Origin: Octopus vulgaris
Lineage: Eukaryota
Length of the DNA stretch: 64,000 nucleotides
Direction: 5' to 3'
Assembly: GCA_951406725.2 (NCBI GenBank)
Contig: OX597838.1
Location: 30,938,001-31,002,000, forward strand
Below the pieces are notes generated by a model. The model searched no databases, was not told the origin of the DNA, and saw only the letters and a program-made list of their open reading frames with translations. The position numbers were made by a program, and so were the translations under genes. Below are positions 39,328 to 54,302 of this stretch, in pieces; position 1 is the stretch's first letter; every line of letters starts with the position of its first letter.

Positions 39328-40195
39328 AGAAGCAAGCAATTTATGGTTTTTCAGATGGATCACCAAAGCAACGGGGGGGGGGGGAATAAAGAGAGACATG
39401 TGGGGGGGGGGGCGGGGAGATGATATGAGAGAGGAGAGAGAGAGAGAGGGTGGGAGAAAGGGAGAGAGTGGTAGCACAAGGGAGAGGTAGATGAGAAAGC
39501 GGTGGGTGGAGGGGAGGTAGAGAGAGAGAGAAAGAGAGAAAGACTTATAGAATTAGCGAGAGAGGGGAAACAGACAGAAGAGAGACGGGAAGTAGAGACG
39601 TGGTAGGCAGACTAAAGAGAGGGGGGGAGACAGAGAGAGAGACGCAATGGAGAGAGAGAGGAGGGAGGGAGAAGCAATAAGAGACAGAGAGAGAGACGCA
39701 GTGGAGAGAGAGAGGGAGGGAAGATAAATATTAAAAGAAAGGCAGGGAGGCGGGGGGGGGACAAATAAATATTAAAAGAAAGGCAGGGAGGCGGGGGGGG
39801 GACAAATAATAGAATTACGAAGAGACAAGAAAACGAAAGTCGGGTGGAGAAAGCTGGGTGTGATAGGGGTGGACGATGAAGATGGTGGTGGCGGGGGTGG
39901 GGGGTGATGACGTTGTTTCAGTCGTCACTCAACACATTTCAATGCCTTTTCAGATAATCAAAATAATGATAATAGCAATAATAATAATAATAATACTTTC
40001 TGCTCTAAGCACTAGGCCTGAAATTTTGGGGGAGGGTACTAGTCGATTACAACGACCTCAGTGCATAACTGGTACTTATTTAATCGACCCCGAAAGGATA
40101 AAAGGCAAAGTCGACCTCGGTGGAATTTGAACTCGGAACGTTAAGACAGACGAAGTACCTATTTCTTTACTACCCACGAGGGGCTAAACACAGAG

Positions 40196-40324
<129 letters not shown>

Positions 40325-40364
40325 AATAATAATAATAATGATGATGATGATGATGATGATGATC

Positions 40365-40415
<51 letters not shown>

Positions 40416-40960
40416 GTACCAGGCAGTGGCTCTCATGGCTTCTGATCTTAACTGATTGGAAGTGTTATCATGTACATTGTTTTGTCTTGGTATAAAAGAT
40501 GGGCTGTAGCAAATATTCTGCTCAATACCACAGATTTGCTTGTCAGTTGTTTGACCTTAACCAGTTGAGCATGTCTCTTAGTGGCTGACGATATGTGCAT
40601 CTCTGATCACGAGCAGAAGTAGTGGGGGAGCATCATAGCCATGTGTTGAGAGGGATTCTTTGGGGTTTGAATAATTCACCTCTGGAAACATGGGTGGTTC
40701 TTTCAACATCCTTAAACAACCCTTATTCAGGGACCGTTTGAGCGGGATGGGCTACTCAACCTGAAGAAAATTCTAACTGGGCCCCACCTGCAAGGTCATG
40801 TGCTGTTTATCTTGATATGAGATCACCATGTCGCGCACATATGGTTGTGATGCATGTGCCTGGTGTACCCTTTATCAGACGGGTAGTCATGATGGGTATA
40901 TTGGGCTTCGTATATTTTACCCCAGTGTCACTTTGATGGCATGCACTGCTCTCTCACTCA
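40416..40960 (+). mobile_element. Family E 3' fragment embedded in (AAT)n
   Basis: (AAT)n on both sides; similarity to 22803-23360. Confidence 0.82.
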
Positions 40961-41210
40961 ATAATAATAATAATAATAATAATAGTGGTTTTAAGTTCTG
41001 GCACAAGGCCAGCAGTTTTAGGGCAGGGGAATAAGTTGATTACATTGACCCCAGTATTTAACTGGTACTTATTTCATTGACCCTGAAAGCATGAAAGGCA
41101 AAGCTGATCCTGGTTGAATTTGAACTCAGAACGTAATGACAGACATAATGCTGTAAAATACCTCTAAGAATTTTGTCTCGTATGCTAACACTTCTGCCAG
41201 CTTGCTACCT

Positions 41211-41269
<59 letters not shown>

Positions 41270-42080
41270 TAATAATCAAATTCTGTCACAGGTGGGGCTG
41301 AGTCGATTGCATCTAACCCCTACTGTTCAACCGGTGCTTATTTTATCGACCCCGAAAGGATGAGAGGTACAGTTGACCTTGGCGGAATTTGAACTCAGAA
41401 TGAACCAACAGGCGAAATACCGCTAAGCATTTCGTCCAGTGTGCTAACAATTCTGCCACCTCATAATAATGATAATAATGATGATAATAATAATAATAAT
41501 AATAATAATCTTTTCTACTATAAGCACAAGGCGTGAAATTTTAGGGGCGGTGATAGGTTGATTACATTGACCCCATTACATAACTGGTACTCATTTCATT
41601 ATTCCCTGAAAGGCTTATAACCCTAGTCTCTGAGTGTAAGTAAAATTACAACCAGATTACATCATGATGCTTAAGAGGTGAGAATAGTGACTAAGAAAAT
41701 CTACCATCTTTGGTCGGATGATGCGGCACTCACTGAGCAACCCATCCCAGAAAATATACATCCTACAGTATTCAAGTGATGCTTTTCTGCAAATTCCTTA
41801 TTGATGCAGCATTTAGAAATTCATAATTAAATAGAAGCACACTAAACGACAATGACTAACATTCGGGCGCTTACAATCATATTTAAAACGTCCGTGTACA
41901 CACAAACATGGAAGGACTCTCATTGTGAAAGATGTCTTGGAAGAGAAATTCCCCTTAAAGACAATTGTTTGTCTTTTATATTTTACTTGTTTGTCATTAG
42001 ATTGCGGTCATGCTGGAGCAACACCAGAAAGAACTTTTATTTGAATGAATCGACCATATTATTATTATTATTATTATTAA

Positions 42081-42450
42081 GGCGGCGAGCTGGCAGAAAA
42101 GTTAGCACGCCGGGTGAAATACTTTGCAGTATTTCGTCTGCCGCTACGTTCTGAGTTCGAATTCCGCCGAGGTCGACTTTGCCTTTCATCCTTTCGGGGT
42201 CGATAAATTAAGTACCAGATATGCACTGGGGTCGATATAATTGACTTAATCCGTTTGTCTGTTCTTGTTTGTCCTCTCTGTGTTTAGCCCCTTGTGGGTA
42301 GTAAAGAAATAGGTATTTTGTCTGTCTTTATGTTCTGAGTTCAAATTCCACCGAGGTCGACTTTGCCTTTCATCCTTTCGGGGTCAATTAAATAAGTACC
42401 AGTTATGCACTGAGGTCGATGTAATCGACTAGTAAACTTCCCCAAAATTT
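42081..42450 (+). mobile_element. Family B SINE dimer
   Basis: Full monomer plus headless second unit joined at AAAGAAATA/GGTATTT. Confidence 0.88.
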
Positions 42451-42618
42451 CAGAACTCATATTTTTAAGCCTAGTACTTATTCTCTCAGTCACATTTGCT
42501 AAACTGCTAAGTTACAGGGACATAAACACACCAACACCAGTTTTTAGGCAATGGTGGGTGACATATGGGAACACAAACACACATGATGGACTTCTTTTAG
42601 TCTCCATCTACAAAATCA

Positions 42619-42969
42619 TACCATCCGAGCGAGGTCGTTGCCAGTGCCGCCTGACTGGCTTCCGTGCTGGTGGCACATAAAAGGGTACCATTCGAGTGTG
42701 ATCATTACCAGCATTGCCTTACTGGCACCTGTGCCAGTGGCATGTGTAAAAAGATTCGAGCGAGGTCGTTGCCAGTACTGCCTGACTGGCCCCCGTGCCG
42801 GTGGCACGTAAAAAGCACCCACCACACTCTCGGAGTGGTTGGCGTTAGGAAGGGCATCCAGCTGTAGAAACTCTGCCAGATCAAGATTGGAGCCTGGTGC
42901 AGCCATCTGGTTTGCCAGCCCTCAGTCAAATCGTCCAACCCATGCTAGCATGGAAAGCGGACGTTAAAC

Positions 42970-43009
<40 letters not shown>
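42619..43009 (+). mobile_element. Family D element with three structured subrepeats
   Basis: As 11453-11818; long (GAT)n tail. Confidence 0.88.
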
Positions 43010-43011
<2 letters not shown>

Positions 43012-43837
43012 GGCTTTGGTTGGTCAACGGGAGGCTACAGAAAAAAATACCAACCCAAGGTTCCTTGCGGTGAGGCTGAACCCAGAGACACCCGGAACCT
43101 TGTGGTTGAGAAGCAAGTTTCTTACCACACAGCCACGCCTGTGCCTATGAAAAGCATATCACATATCACTGGGCCGTGAAAGAAATCACTGGAGCGTGTC
43201 GTACCTATTGTTGTGTCGTTATGCTTCATCAGCTCCAGACACTGAATCGGGTTATTCACAGCTGACTAAGAATTGCCATTCTTATATTTAAAGAGCAAAA
43301 TAAAACGTTTGCTGACGTGTGTAGAAGCTTTGTCACGGCCCAATGGCGTGTACTTTTACGCACATACACACTGTCTGCAAGGAAGATTTCTCTCCTGGGG
43401 TGCGTTTCCGCAGCGGAGGCCTTTCCACGTTTCAGTATGCAATATAATTGTACACTCAATATCTATCATAATCTTGAAGGAAAGGCATGAATGATAACAC
43501 GCATCCATTTTTTTTTTTTTTCCCAATCTCGCAGACATCCCAAAGTGGCTCCCATGTCCACATCTGTGGATTCCGAATGCGTGGTGGGAGGAGGTCGATG
43601 AGGCGTAAGGGGCAAGGGGAAGTGAGGGGGGGGCGTGTTGTCTTTTGTGAGAATATAAATCGATAAATTTTTTTTTTTTTTTGATTCTTCTTCTTATTCT
43701 TATTCTTCTCCTTCGGTGAAGCTGTGTATATAGGTCAGTGTATGAGTGAGAGAGAGAGAGGGAGAAACAGAAAAAGATGTAGAATCGCTTGCCTGCTTGT
43801 GCTGCACACACACACAAATCTGCACACAAACACATGC

Positions 43838-43872
<35 letters not shown>

Positions 43873-44042
43873 TGCACACATGTGTATGCATATAAATATT
43901 TGTGGAATAATGTAGTCATTTTCAATATGTATATGTGTGTGTGTATATATATATATATTACACAAACATATTCATACACATATACATACATACATGCATG
44001 CATACATACATACATACATACATACATACATACATACATACA

Positions 44043-44100
<58 letters not shown>

Positions 44101-44168
44101 CAAACACACAGAGACATAGATATATTTATATACATATATACAGACATACAAGTGTGTGTATATATATG

Positions 44169-44207
<39 letters not shown>

Positions 44208-44429
44208 TCTAGATATATATAGAGGGAGAGAAAAGAGAGAGAGGGGGAGGAGAGAGAGAAAGAAAGAAAAAGTGACACAAAGAGAAAGAGAAAGTAAGAG
44301 ATCAAGGACGAATAAGGGAGAGAGAGAGAGAGACAGAGAGAGAGAGAGAAGGAGGCATAGACACATGACTAAGAGATCTCTGTTCGATCAATGGGTTTAT
44401 GTGTCGGAGTGTGTGCGTGTATGTGTTTC

Positions 44430-44467
<38 letters not shown>

Positions 44468-44552
44468 CGTGTGTCCATTGTGTTGGTCCCTGGATGGTGA
44501 TACTCTTTAAACAGACAGACCAGTGACCCAAGTTATTCTATTCTATTTCTAT

Positions 44553-45035
44553 TTTACTTGTTTCAGTCATTTGACTGTGGCCATGCTGGAGCACCGCCTT
44601 TAGTCGAGCAAACCGACCCCCAAGACATATTCTTTGTAAGCCTAGTACTTATACTATCGGTCTCTTTTGCTGAACTGCAAAGTTACGGGGACCAGCATCA
44701 GTTGTCAAGCGATGTTGGGGGGGGGGGGGACAAACACAGACACACAAACATATATACACACATACATATATACATATACATATATATATATATATATATA
44801 TTGTGCGGGTGGCACGTAAAAAGCACCCACTACACTCTCGGAGTGGTTGGCGTTAGGAAGGGCATCCAGCCGTAGAAACACTGCCAGATTTGACTGGGCC
44901 TGATGAAGCCTTCTGGCTTCACAGACCCCAGTAGAACCGTCCAACCCATGCTAGCATGGAAAGCGGATGCTAAACGATGATGATGATGATGATGACATGA
45001 CGGGTTTCTTTCAGTTTCCATCTACCAAATCCACT
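44553..45035 (-). mobile_element. Family A SINE with a family D copy (44806-44993, plus strand) nested in its internal microsatellite
   Basis: Family A sequence resumes after the (GAT)n tail. Confidence 0.85.
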
Positions 45036-45943
45036 CTTTTTTTTTTTTTTATTGGTAACTTGGACCAGCTTGACCAAAATGTCAGCTCTTTCCCTTCATT
45101 TGACCTCTTTGATACTAACTAACCCACTCAGGACCAGCCATGATTCTCTGATACAAATTCCTGGTTTTCAAATGGACTAAATTAAAATCACCCATCAGCA
45201 TTTCAGGTGAATTTATGCTCTAAACACAAACAGGCTAAATAATAACAAAGTTAGTTTATTAAATTCTTCATTATCATCAAAACTAATTAAAACAGAGGCA
45301 GAATATTTGAACAGAAATAGAATAACAAAAAGGTCAAAACACTCTCGAGACGGCACCAGGTTCTATGATGCAAACCTTTTAGTTTAAAATTATTCAACTT
45401 TCCATCAATTTCATGTTAATTAATCTTCCAAACATTAGGTTAATAATAACAAAGTTAGTTTTCTAAATTCTTCATTATTTCAAAATTAATTGACCGAAAG
45501 GCAAAATATTCCAACAGAAGAAATATGGTAACAAATGGGTTAACCCCTTTTGATACCAATCTGCTTAAGACTGCTCCTGCTTCAATGAAGGGATCTAGAT
45601 AAAAATCTTCCTTGAAAATTCCATGTTAATTTAAGCTCCAAACACCAGCTTAATGGTGATAAAATTATTTTATAAAATTCTTCGTCATTTTTGAAATTAA
45701 TCAAAATAAATGCAGTCTATTTCATTAGAACTATGGTAACAAAGGGGTTCCCTATTGTTACCTACTCAACTGATGCTATTCCTGGTACCATGATACAAAA
45801 AAACCCTGTTGTAAAGTGATCTAAATTTCATTCTAATTCAAGCTCCAAACACCAGATTAATAATAACAATATTATTTTACTGAATTCTTCATTATTTCAA
45901 AATTAATTGACCCAAATGCAAACTATATCAATAGAAATATGGT

Positions 45944-46328
45944 GGTTGGCACTCTGTTGGTTATGACATCGAGGGTTCCAGTTGATCCGATCAATGGAAC
46001 AGCCTGCTCATGAAATTAACGTGCAAGTGGCTGAGCGCTCCATAGACATGTGTACTCTTAACGTAGTTCTCGGGGAGATTCAACATGACACAGAGTGTGA
46101 CAAGGCTGGCCCCTTTGAAATACAAGTACAACAGAAACAGGAAGAAAGAGTGAGAGAAAGTTGTGGTTAAGGAGTACAGCCGGGTTTGCCACCATCCCCT
46201 GCCGGAGCCTCATGGAACTTTAGGTGTTTTCGCTCAATAAACACTCACAACGCCCGGTCTAGGAATCGAGACAGCGATCCTATGACCGCGAGTCCGCTGC
46301 CCTAACCACTGGGCCATTGTGCCTCCAC
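45944..46328 (-). mobile_element. Family C SINE (tail variant 3)
   Basis: 11-bp TSD AGAAATATGGT (45933-45943, 46329-46339). Confidence 0.9.
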
Positions 46329-46389
46329 AGAAATATGGTAACAAAAGGGTTAACCCCATTTGATACCAACTTGCTTTGAGACAGCTTCT

Positions 46390-46806
46390 TATTTTTTTTT
46401 ACTACCCACAAGGGGCTAAACACAGAGGGGACAAACAAGGACAGACAAACGGATTAAGTCGATTATATTGACCCCAGTGCGTAACTGGTACTTAATTTAT
46501 CGACCCCGAAAGGATGAAAGGCAAAGTCGACCTCAGCGTAATTTGAACTCAGAACGTAACGGCAGACAAAATACCTATTTCTTTACTACCCACAAGGGGC
46601 TAAACACAGAGGGGACAAACAAGGACAGACATAAGTATTAAGTCGATTACATCGAACCCAGTGCGTAACTGGTACTTAATTTATCATCCCCGAAAGGATG
46701 AAAGGCAAAGTCGACCTCAGCGGAATTTGAACTCAGAACGTAACGGCAGACGAAATACCGCTTAGCATTTCGCCCGGCGCGCTACCGTTTCTGCCAGCTT
46801 GCCGCC
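46390..46806 (-). mobile_element. Family B SINE dimer
   Basis: Single 14-bp TSD TTGAGACAGCTTCT (46376-46389, 46807-46820). Confidence 0.92.
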
Positions 46807-47991
46807 TTGAGACAGCTTCTGCTTCGATGATATACAAGCTTCCTGTATTAAAGCAATCTGTATTTACCCATTCCATCAAAATTCCATGTTAATCTACGTT
46901 CCAAACATCACGTTAATCATGACAAACTTATTTTAATAAATTTTTCATTGTCTTCAAAATTAATTGAAACCAAGACAATGAATTCCAACAGAAATAACGG
47001 TAACAAAACAGTTCACTCTCTTGATTCCAACCCACCTGACACCCCCCTTGGTTCTAGAATACAAACTTCCTGTTCTTAAGTGTTCTAAATTAAAACCTTC
47101 TACCAAAATTTCTTGTTAATTTACGTTCCAAACACCAGCTTAATAAAAGCGAAGTTAGTTTACTAAATTCTTAATTATTTTTAAAATTAACTGAAACATA
47201 GGCAGTGTATTTCTACAAAAATACGGTACCAGCACACATTAGACCACCCTTGGTTCTAGAATATAAACTTCCTGTTTTAAAATGATCTAAATTAAAATCT
47301 CCCATCGAAATTCCATGTTCGTTAATGTTCCGAAAACCAGTTTAATAATAACAAAGTGACTTTACTAAATTCTTTGTTATCTTCAAAATTAATTGAAACA
47401 AAAGCAGAATATTTTAACAGGAATATGATAAAGAAAGGTTTAACCCTTGGCACCAACCCATCTGTAACCATCCCTGGTCCTATGATGCCAATTCACTGTT
47501 TCTAAATTGATTTCAAATTTTGGCGCAAGGCCAGCAATTTTGGGAGATAGGTTGATTACATCAGACCCAGTTTTGAACTAATGCTTATATTATCAACCCC
47601 CAAAAGGACAAAAGGCAAAGTCAACCTTGTCAGAATTTGAACTCGGAACATAAAAATGGATAAAATGCCGCTAACCATTTTACTCAGCACAGTACCCATT
47701 CTACCAGCTCACCATCTTAATTAAAACAACTTCCACGAAAATTTCATGTTGATATTTATGTTCCAAACACCAGCTTCATAATGACAAATTAATTTTACTA
47801 AATTCTTCTCAATTTTGAAAATTAATTGAAACAAAGAGAATTTGACCAGAAATACAGAAATGAAAGGGTTAAGAATGGTTATGATTCTTCAAGGTGACAA
47901 AGATTTGACTGGATCACAGAGAAAACGTCGTGTTTCATTGCAGTACATACAGCAATATTGAAAGAGAACCAAAGAAATAAAACAAAATTAA

Positions 47992-48213
47992 CCCTTTCAT
48001 TACCAAACCGGCTGAATCCACCTCTGGCTCTGCAGCACAAATGTCTTGTTTTCATAAGTTCTGAATTAAAATCATCCACCAAACCTTAGTCACAATTTAT
48101 GTTCCTAACACTAGCTTAATGATAACTAAGTTATTTTACTAAATTCTTTGTTATATTTAGAATTAATTGAAAGAAACACAGAGCATCTCAAAATAAATAC
48201 AGTAACGAAAGAG
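47992..48213 (-). mobile_element. piggyBac-like MITE, inverted relative to the 36592 copy
   Basis: TTAA both sides; high identity to the reverse complement of 36592-36813. Confidence 0.9.
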
Positions 48214-48324
48214 TTAACGAGGACATTACATCCACTACCCCCACGCCACACACAAGGCCTTACATCTAAATTAGTGATTAGTACAAAGCATGATAAGCAA
48301 CATTGATTATATTTTAAATCTCAA

Positions 48325-48327
48325 TTG

Positions 48328-48386
<59 letters not shown>

Positions 48387-48646
48387 CCTTTCTATTAAAA
48401 GCACAAGGCCTCAAATTAGCGGGGAGAGGGCCAGTCAATTACACTGATCCCCCAGTATGCAACTGGTACTTAATTTATCAACCCCCGAAAGGATGATAGG
48501 CAAACTCGACTTCAGCTGAATTTGAACTCAGAACATAGGGGCTGACGAAATACTGCTAAGCATTCTGTCCAGTGCAATAATGATTCAGCCAGCTTGCCAC
48601 CTTAACAACAACAACAACAACAATAATAATAATGATGATGATGATG

Positions 48647-48701
<55 letters not shown>

Positions 48702-48950
48702 TAATAATAATAATAATGATGATGATGATGATGATGATAATGGTTTCAAATTTTTGCCACAAGGGCAGCAATTTTCTGGGAGGGAATGAGTCAATTATAT
48801 TGATCCCCCAGTGTTCAACTGGTACTAATTTTATCGACCCTGAAAGGGTGAAAGGCAAAGTTGACCTCGGCGGAATTTGAACTCAGAACAATAAGCAAAG
48901 TGCTGCTAAATGTTTTGCCCCGGCATGCTAACAATTCTGCTAGCTAAATA

Positions 48951-49015
<65 letters not shown>

Positions 49016-49038
49016 CAACAACAACAACACCAACAATG

Positions 49039-49108
<70 letters not shown>

Positions 49109-49125
49109 CAACAACAACAACAATG

Positions 49126-49157
<32 letters not shown>

Positions 49158-49160
49158 TAT
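48325..49160. repeat. (AAT)n/(GAT)n/(AAC)n tracts alternating with older family B SINEs (48385-48603, 48740-48945, minus strand)
   Basis: Direct; same arrangement at 40985-41612 and 60700-61640. Confidence 0.85.
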
Positions 49161-49558
49161 TCCCTTTCTGGCAATTAATTATGCCAGAACTGAGAACAAT
49201 CCCTTTTCCCAAAAATTTTCTGAGTTAATTTAAAGAAGAAAGAATCTATATAAATAAATAAATAAATAAAAATATAAATAAATAAATAAAATAGAAATAT
49301 AAATACATAAAGAAAATATTAACAATGTATTGAGATAAATTAATTTACTAATTAATTAGTGAGGAGTTTCACCAATTAAAAACTATACACACACACACAT
49401 AATCATATACAATATATATATATACATATATATCACTGTACCCTTACATATATATATATATATATATAGACACACGTGTGTGTGCGTGTGTAAATATATA
49501 TGCATATTCACACGCTCACATACATATATATACATATATTATATATATATACATATAT

Positions 49559-49590
<32 letters not shown>

Positions 49591-50065
49591 CTGCTGTGTC
49601 CTCTAAGCCGTTTTCTGCAGTCAGCCTACGAAATCTTCGTTGCCTCATATTATGCCTATAAAGTGCAAGCGTACTTTAGTCAGAGGGGGAATCAAAAGAA
49701 TATTACACCGTGTAACATATATACAAGGCTGCCAAAAGCTAAAATTAACAGAAAGCAAAATAACACCACACACATACACACACACACACACACATACTAA
49801 CGAACGGGCTGTGAGTTGACAGGTTTATTGGAGTGGTGGCTAGAATACCTTGAAGTAAATTGTTTCCACTCCAAGTTGAAAATCCCAACCGAGGTCAACC
49901 TGGCCATTAATCCTCTGAAGATAAATAAACCACTTAAGACTTACAGATCGATTCCTTCTTTCTTTCTCCCGGACCTAATTTCATAACAATGCTGAAACAC
50001 GCACGCACGTGAATCTGTATAGATTATTAATTAATCAACTTAATTAAAACTATAAAAATAACATA

Positions 50066-50466
50066 GGCGCAGGAGTGGCTGTGTGGTAGGTAGCTTGCTA
50101 ACCAACCACATGGTTCCGGGTTCAGTCCCACTGCGTGGCATCTTGGGCAAGTGTCTTCTGCTATAGCCCCGGGCCGACCAATGCCTTGTGAGTGAATTTG
50201 GTAGACGGAAACTGAAAGAAGCCTGTCGTATATATGTATATATATATGTGTGTGTGTGTGTGTGTCTGTGTTTGTCCCCCTAGCATTGCTTGACAACCGA
50301 TACTGGTGTGTTTACATCCCCGTCTCTTAGCGGTTCGGCAAAAGAGACCGATAGAATAAGTACTGGGCTTACAAAGAATAAGTCCCGGGGTCAATTTGTT
50401 CGACTAAAGGCGGTGCTCCAGCATGGCCGCAGTCAAAATGACTGAAACAAGTAAAAGAGTAAAGAG
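50066..50466 (+). mobile_element. Family A SINE (full length)
   Basis: Complete head to tail. Confidence 0.92.
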
Positions 50467-50577
50467 TATATCTGATTTCGTAACGTATTGGTAACGCAAT
50501 TCCTTTTAATTAAACAAAATGTCATAATGCCTATAGCATATTCTTCTGTGGCCATCCTGGGACACATTTAAGTAGAT

Positions 50578-51044
50578 CAGTGACCCTCAACTGAGGACCC
50601 TATGACTGTTGGGGGTTCCTTATGACCGCTGGGAGTCCCTATAACATTTTGGTCTTAAAATCGATGCAATTGTTACGTTCTGAGTTCAAATTCCGCCGAG
50701 GTCGACTTTGCCTTTCATCCTTTCGGGGTTGATAAATTAAGTACCAGTTACGCACTGGGGTCGATATAATCGACTTAATCCCTTTGTCTGTCCTTGTTTG
50801 TCCCCTCTGTGTTTAGCCCCTTGTGGGTAGTAAAGAAATAGTTAAAATTGATGCAATAAATTGGTTATATTTCTTCAATGCACAAAATATTTTTAAAAAT
50901 TTCTTTTTTACACAATTTCTGATTATGTTTAGTAAGAAGAATATAACGGAATTTTTAAACACATCAAATGGCTCTGAGGGTCCACCCAAGTAAAACAGAA
51001 ATTAATGGGGTTCCATAGGCAAAAGAAATGGTTGAGAAACACTG
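50578..51044. mobile_element. hAT/Charlie-like MITE with nested truncated family B SINE (50671-50840)
   Basis: Termini CAGTGACCCTCAAC / GTTGAGAAACACTG; SINE TSD TTAAAAT(C/T)GATGCAAT; the MITE's own 8-bp TSD is not evident. Confidence 0.65.
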
Positions 51045-51396
51045 AGACCAAGAGTTCCAGCCAGGATGGTGAGAACAGCTCAGGGTGAGATTTCCAAACT
51101 GGGTTGGTAGAACCCTTGGTTTCTGACGAAAAAATTCCATAGATCCAGGAGACAAAATGTCTTTTAATGAAATTTAATAAAGCAAAAGTGTTACCAAATT
51201 AATCCTATAAAATAATTATCTTCATTATAATATCCAAAGTATTATATCTACACACACACACACGACAAGCTTCTTTCAGCTTTTGCCAACCAAATCTATT
51301 CACAAGGCTTTGGTTGCTCAATGTGCCATGCAGTGGGACTGAACCCAGAACCATGTAGTTGGAAAGCAAGCTTCTTACAACACAGCCACGCTAGTG

Positions 51397-51446
<50 letters not shown>

Positions 51447-51471
51447 TATTTATATACACATATATATATAC

Positions 51472-51568
<97 letters not shown>

Positions 51569-52351
51569 TACATATACATATATACATATACATATATACA
51601 TATATATACATATACATATATAATCCTTATCATCATTTTTAATGTTTATCTTTCCATGCTCATATGGGTTGGGTGGAATTTCTTGAGACAAACTTTCTAT
51701 GGTTGGATGCCCTTCCTGTTGCCAATCCTCACCTGCTTCCAAGTGAAGTAATGTTTTCCCGGAAACGAAGGATACTGCTTCTATAACACTGATGCTCGTT
51801 TACAACTATCAGGTGAAGATGATATAACAAGACCACAATTCATATACACACACACACACCTGTGCACCTATGCGTTAGCCATGCAACAACACAAGGGCTT
51901 TTCTCTGGACTTTTCCCTCTTTCCACGGAAGATCCAAACTCAAAACATCACTCCTAGTTTTCCATCTAAAACTTTCCCTGACAACCAATCTGATCCATTC
52001 ACTTTGTACATCTAATTAGTAACTGTTTTTGTTTTCTCTTACTTTTTTTTATATATTTTTTTGATTTACCTATATATATATATAAAGCAATGATCGTACT
52101 TCCTGTACACCTGCTTTAGATATTCATAATTCTTCCTATATGGTGCTTTATTCTTGCTGGGCATTAATATTATTTTAATAATATTTATATTTTCATGCTT
52201 ATATATATATTATATGTGTATATATATATATATATATATAGGCTGTGTGGTAAGTAGCTTGCTTACCAACCACACGGTTCCGGGTTCAGTCCCACTGCGT
52301 GGCACCTTGGGCAAGTGTCTTCTACTATAGCCTCGGGCCGATGTATGTATG

Positions 52352-52405
<54 letters not shown>

Positions 52406-52923
52406 GAAAGAAATATATATAAAAGCAATGGGCTTTCTGTCTACCAAATCCACTTTTGGGCCAACTTAGGGCTGTAATAGAAGGCAACTACTCAAGATGC
52501 TATGAGATGAGATGGGATTGAAACTGAAACCATTTGGTGGGAAAGCAAATTCCTTAACTATACAACCACTTGTTCACACACACACACACACACACACATA
52601 CAGAGAAAGTTTTTTCAGAACGAAATCAATTTTCAATTTTGCAAACAGTGAATGTGAAACTAAACGAGTTAGCTCTGCATCAAGTGAGGACCAGAAATAT
52701 TATTTGAGAACAATTTATGAAATTGTTTAAATAAACTTCTTTTTCCTTTCTTCTTATCCATTTTTTTTTTAGTTTTTTTTTTGGGTTTTTTTTGTGAGTA
52801 AGTTATATCATTTTGTTTCAGGATTTTATTTATTTATATTTTTTTGCTGTAAAAGAATTTTTTTTACTGAATAAATCATGTGATTTTCGTTTTTATGTTG
52901 TTTGCTTATTATAAGTTCAATGT

Positions 52924-52958
<35 letters not shown>

Positions 52959-53147
52959 ACATATATGCACATACATACACTCATATGTATGTATGTATGT
53001 ATAAATATATATATATGTGTGTGTTTGTAAAGAATTATTCTTTAGAAACAATACACAATGCTTCAAGCAAACTACAATACCCTCCTATATATATATATAT
53101 ACACACATGTATATACATACATTCATATACATGGGTATATGCATACT

Positions 53148-53212
<65 letters not shown>

Positions 53213-53221
53213 ATGTGTGTG

Positions 53222-53608
53222 TGACTGTGTGGTAAGTAGCTTGTTTACCAATCACATGGTTCCGGGTTCAGTCCCACTGCATGGCACCTTGGGCAAGTGT
53301 CTTCTACTATAGCCTCGGGCCGACCAAAGCCTTGTGAGTGGATTTGGTAGGCGGAAACTGAAAGAAGCCCGTCGTATATATGTACATATATATGCGTGCG
53401 TGTGTGTTTGTGTTTGTCCCCCTAGCATTGCTTGACAACCGATGCTGGTGTGTTTATGTCCCCGTCACATAGCAGTCTGGCAAAAGAGACCGATAGAATA
53501 AGTACTGAGCTTACAAAGAATTAGTCCCGGGGTCGAGTTGCTCAATTAAAGGCGGTGCTCCAGCATGGCCACAGTCAAATGACTGAAACAAGTAAAAGAG
53601 TAAAAGAG
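53222..53608 (+). mobile_element. Family A SINE
   Basis: Near-complete copy. Confidence 0.9.
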
Positions 53609-53609
53609 T

Positions 53610-54103
53610 ATACATACATATATATATATACATGTATATACATACATACATACATATATATATATATACATGTATATAGATACATACATACATATATATA
53701 TATATACATGTATATACATACATACATACATATATATACACATGTATATATATACATACATACATACATATATATACACATGTATATACATACATACATA
53801 CATATATATACATGTATATACATACATACATATATATATATATATACATGTATATACATACATACATATATATATATACATGTATATACATACATACATA
53901 CATATATATATATATACATGTATATACATACATACATATATATACATGTATATACATACATACATACATACATATATATATATACATGTACATACATACA
54001 TACATACATATATATATATATACATGTATATACATACATACATACATATATATATACATGTATATACATACATACATATATATATATACATGTATATACA
54101 TAC

Positions 54104-54175
<72 letters not shown>

Positions 54176-54183
54176 GTATATAC

Positions 54184-54229
<46 letters not shown>

Positions 54230-54259
54230 GTATATACATACATATATATACATATATAT

Positions 54260-54260
<1 letters not shown>
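53610..54260. repeat. Higher-order microsatellite, unit about CATGTATA(TACA)n(TA)n
   Basis: CATG recurs about every 25-35 bp. Confidence 0.9.

Positions 54261-54302
<42 letters not shown>

Larger units (their letters stand above)
45100..47872 (-). repeat. Head-to-tail array of about 8 degenerate ~200-bp piggyBac-like MITE units with nested SINEs
   Basis: Recurring GGTAACAAAAGGGTTAACCC-like junctions near 45330, 45540, 45745, 46350, 47010, 47225, 47440, 47870; similar to the reverse complement of the 36845 MITE. Confidence 0.8.
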
